A stretch of 64,000 bases of DNA from an uncultured Planctomycetales bacterium (GTDB taxonomy: Bacteria > Omnitrophota > Gorgyraeia > Zapsychrales > Aceulaceae): contig CAZYOA010000009.1 in assembly GCA_964648665.1 (NCBI GenBank), positions 83-64,082 on the forward strand, given 5' to 3'. Positions 62,801-64,000 of the stretch are shown piece by piece. Position 1 is the stretch's first letter. Every line of letters begins with the position of its first letter. The translations under genes and the position numbers were made by a program. Below the pieces are notes generated by a model. That model did no database searches, was not told the DNA's origin, and was given only the letters and a program-made list of their open reading frames with translations.

Positions 62801-64000
62801 GGAATCAATGACGACAAGCCTCTCATCGGTGGAACAAATCCAGATCCGCCTGAAAGTAAAAATGAAAAGAAAAATTGTCTTTCTTTAAGTCCAATACCAT
62901 TTATCCTTAAAGCTTTTCCTCCTCTTATTTTGCAAACTGTAATCACACTAACAACATTATCGCGAACATAACCAGAAGAAACCTGTAAAGCTATAAGCAT
63001 TTTCTTTGTTAAAAATCGATTATAAGGAACAGTTTTGGGGAAAACATCTAAAATCTCTTCAATGCGTTTTTCAAGATCATCCCTAGAAATAACATCAACA
63101 TTTTTAAATTGCGCCTCTGCACTATTTGAAAAGACAATAACCTCACCTCCTGAAACTTCTTCAAATTCTTCCTTTGCAGCATAAAATGCTTCTTGATCAT
63201 TATTTTCTAAAGATTCTTCAAGAGACCTTTCAATATCCCAAATCTTATCTTCTTGTTTCGCAAAATCAGAAGTCATCCAACTGCTAGCTTTTTTCTCTTT
63301 TATTACAATATCGTTTCTACTTTCACGATTCTCAAACAAAGCTTTTGGGCTAATTCGAATAGGGTCCCTCTCTCGAGCTAAAACTTTTTCTTTTGCTTTA
63401 AACAATATTTTCTTTGGAGACTTATAAGTTTTCTGAATTTCCCCCATAATTCTTTCTTGATCTTTTTCAAATTGAAAACTTTCTTCGTCAGATTTTAATT
63501 GCCACTTACCGCTTATCTTTACAATCGATCGTTTCCCCGCCATGACACCCTGAATTCTTCCTAACCGATTCTTTTTCTGTTTAAATCCCATAAATTCATA
63601 CTTTTCGGGCTCTCCCGTTTCTCTATTTTTCGTAACGCGATAAATAAGCTTTGAAAGCCTTCCCCCCACATGTAAAGATAACATTTTTCTAGGTTTGAAT
63701 TCTGGCATATCTTTTATTTTCTGACCATCAGAAAGAATAAATCCTGATGGCAAAGCTCCCTCCCAAAGGCCTGTAGGACCAACATAATCGCTAATATCAA
63801 TATGAACAATCTCTTTTTTATTGCTTAAACTATACGCTGCTTTAATTTCATTCTCTATCTCCTGTTTTCTTAATTCTTTTTCTGTTTTTTCTCTATCCCA
63901 AGACCCATCTTCTTGCTCAATAAACTTCCTATAAGCAATGCAAGAAAGGGCATCGCCATTCTCTGAATGTTGATACCCAAAGAAATGCAAAGCATTTACT
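56827..64000 (-). CDS. Giant multidomain protein (>=2387 aa, 5' end unresolved): APH-like kinase, 2 class I SAM methyltransferases, tandem GNAT-like modules, large unknown regions, C-terminal GIDFD repeats plus hydrophobic anchor
   Basis: A single uninterrupted frame. The track 'M' at 63990 is a TTG codon and the frame stays open to position 64000, so the gene may continue upstream. Motifs: DHGDLNYGNILV; KILSLGSGSGADEIYF; IQRQGIGPAIFIAL; SPERKKIGRNIYIAIN; VLEIAPGQDGEF; GGIDFD...GIDFD...GFIPVIINIVPIVNVLLVLGL. Confidence 0.85.
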   Translation of the reverse strand, partial: VNALHFFGYQHSENGDALSCIAYRKFIEQEDGSWDREKTEKELRKQEIENEIKAAYSLSNKKEIVHIDISDYVGPTGLWEGALPSGFILSDGQKIKDMPEFKPRKMLSLHVGGRLSKLIYRVTKNRETGEPEKYEFMGFKQKKNRLGRIQGVMAGKRSIVKISGKWQLKSDEESFQFEKDQERIMGEIQKTYKSPKKILFKAKEKVLARERDPIRISPKALFENRESRNDIVIKEKKASSWMTSDFAKQEDKIWDIERSLEESLENNDQEAFYAAKEEFEEVSGGEVIVFSNSAEAQFKNVDVISRDDLEKRIEEILDVFPKTVPYNRFLTKKMLIALQVSSGYVRDNVVSVITVCKIRGGKALRINGIGLKERQFFFSFLLSGGSGFVPPMRGLSSLIPLYEDIRGKQEEDQPSDVVENLGGYIGGSGNAIERIVLPNGKFAIRKTAYKNSEVDGGKLRGEVKVIKEEKARGKPYPEIYSYEEDDKRIVVVMEDLEYQGYFPVTSISHWNSINLLENTLEGVSAEDIWKLGLRVYQDQLDLYQQKVSEGSVDFVIENILEKKLSTRLEDTKDQAPCLVEMIDAPIIGVSGETSSVTYLPGFETLKPFVSALAKVGFFVPPYLSKDHGDLNYGNILVKMLDIPYYGEFRDYRLIDPKDSPGGNDYLYDLAKLVHNFLGKYDVARLEPVYGFYPLARQDSEVPHFYEYLDDEYANPVPFITYDRMVQEFYRWMEQTDDLFGLEQGGKWKLRLIFTVGAMMVGLPPFHLKNNDQEPRARTFYITGVQLMYSVVSLLMNDRRIRRLADKEVPGIAKAWKNLEKEIKDLKKTSDKKEKKASSWIGANSVSPDFVHVKKKRVKKEKVSESRDDEGDGSGDIFFLPGSPDIVVSTKLDPEKSIFGKKQEASIDDNKERKSASSDLLAGNGGQGRFYDSLDLDMEKPQKGFVYMGDDEVFPKAVRDFLGKRKVLVMENIFDKEEDLQTLSLSPKEIKNPISLRIFVVRSVDDQENEHPLCNVFVLDASDKDAPMLAYSSMDFDVENRFYECKWRERTASYKISRQGFNLRSVVLLLSKGDIKEYRSDSVGGLQHDGANDIFLSLKKDSRFKVSADHGYTVKYVDHQEFFEDFQFSAKPIVKDILDRALNPSLLAAEMIQKGILTKGQKILSLGSGSGADEIYFAENEMEVVATDKNSEIIKSLRRSSKGVSNIKVEVVDFEKYLPYLNNSFDAVYFRLGLHYLGDSIQGRLLLEINRILKKGGKVIIQTKSVNDVFFVEGDTYLGIDGMYFFKNKGYSRNHSSGGKLIKLIQKNGFKILRDITEGKEKLYQDNHESTVLTIVAQKENDFAVVSASDQDKSISLSFRKKIPTPQRGKNTSSSVLDPAMWAVSQDDFLNIMAAANASKKLYERGIQLKWSETQISPWLFADVYKDSKCIGALEVLPENSGNLKVFSIFLSIQRQGIGPAIFIALNEALGAHNGKVVEKISGVSDAIHEPGYKGAPIYKSEEMMNKLVIRGLAESFIDENEQLAYRMLPAILENKNSQVAAAEGDVDRVQTVNSVAVNFAQDVTGASSELGDGKINMDSKRFEDPKVYFNKITFDANKKLQEIGRSVLSLDGLKLEVVEPEIIKGNNAKIIIKNKNNHEIGSFSLFYESFFDLSIDYMSVSPERKKIGRNIYIAINDALSVNDQGVVVSYGNFLRQIDKKNPKKRVYPAEKLWESLIRDGLAELTEEHVCKMLPVKSASSVVRNEVADKAQKNSDELKKQLAEQLKKALNKRSFSWPVDAGDKEKGIVQVSFYGQGNSFSVMLDNPSEILTENQKEELNLKPEDKYYPAVGSLGQIGVMIEHVDDKPCIYINEVQASAGVLQIGAKVLKETKIKSPFRAWSQEAVKQVVKVAKDLGIKDIYFKSPSQAKENSFFLVGPWALDSKSLKEYYVRPLKWIPEELKTTETWRSFVNGCVHFSVDSVSDLLDDSQVRDSFLSAVNPAQDENNSTISQRAGSSVFLTEKKIDAFRKILQKEPYGRYGRMRYFEERILPELRDIFSGDSSSKRILVAIEKRLTELAQKNFYKFDWLIYELFEEKSNLRNASKEEVQSLMKSILDRTPDSSHEQECYGPKYYGEDKNDDLYIWFSRSTHEAINQLEKIEYSWEEKEVLEIAPGQDGEFLRWVKKQGAHVMAADRSFRGTRFARQKHNVKAKRADLLDLSVLKDKKFDVIFAASVLNYILKNDASGESKQKVGQVIESLKSVLAPGGILCFAFSNREEMDMRVYDNRMPDYIIESFTQAGFKIVSNYKKGEVLVFEDTVSARATGGIDFDRNNWDLETEGDSIEFEMPVELQGIDFDTIQGFIPVIINIVPIVNVLLVLGLSEKDTKNLKWAQDLQKADRPRELSLLKD

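Noticed and set aside
56827-64000. Giant ORF as an NRPS/PKS megasynthase, RTX/Rhs toxin, or repeat adhesin
   Set aside because: I found none of the expected motifs: no carrier-protein GxDS(L/I), no condensation HHxxxDG, no KS/AT motifs, no GGxGxD nonapeptides, no YD/Rhs repeats, and no Ig-like or cadherin-like tandem repeats. The recognisable parts are small-molecule transferase folds.

Overview
This is a visibly AT-rich bacterial chromosome segment, densely packed with genes. From about 10.5 kb to the right edge, every gene is on the minus strand, often with 1-4 nt start/stop overlaps. The content is mostly core housekeeping from a diderm (LPS-containing) organism. It includes Lpt (lptF/G), Lol (lolCDE-type), bamA-skp-lpxD-lpxC/fabZ-lpxA-lpxI, several aminoacyl-tRNA synthetases (metG, cysS, lysS), ribosomal proteins and replication genes (dnaB, ssb, holB). 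It also has isoprenoid genes (ispD/E/F), a TPP-riboswitch-controlled thiE-thiS-thiG-thiH-thiF operon followed by lexA, and mcsA-mcsB-clpC-radA. RNA genes are a tmRNA (truncated at the left edge, next to smpB) and one tRNA-Gln(UUG). I saw no CRISPR array, transposase, integrase or prophage genes. Gene order in several blocks resembles Bacillus-type arrangements despite the outer-membrane machinery. The lineage cannot be assigned from the sequence alone; an uncultured low-GC diderm phylum is my guess. The outstanding accessory feature is a giant ORF at the right end (56827 to the window edge, at least 2387 aa, N-terminus not resolved). It strings together an APH-like kinase, two SAM methyltransferases, tandem GNAT-like modules, about 1000 aa of unrecognisable sequence and a C-terminal GIDFD-repeat plus hydrophobic anchor. 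Its modules are separated by a recurring x-A/G/T-S-S junction motif. Secondary items:
- a 33-aa bS22-like microprotein gene absent from the ORF track
- a Maf-M48 lipoprotein read-through
- SpoVG with a zinc-ribbon insertion
- a lexA promoter whose spacer is a perfect palindrome, with an apparently leaderless start
- a secreted K/Q-rich 95-aa tandem-repeat protein next to the lpx cluster

All calls rest on reading the translations and sequence by eye. No database search or computation was run.
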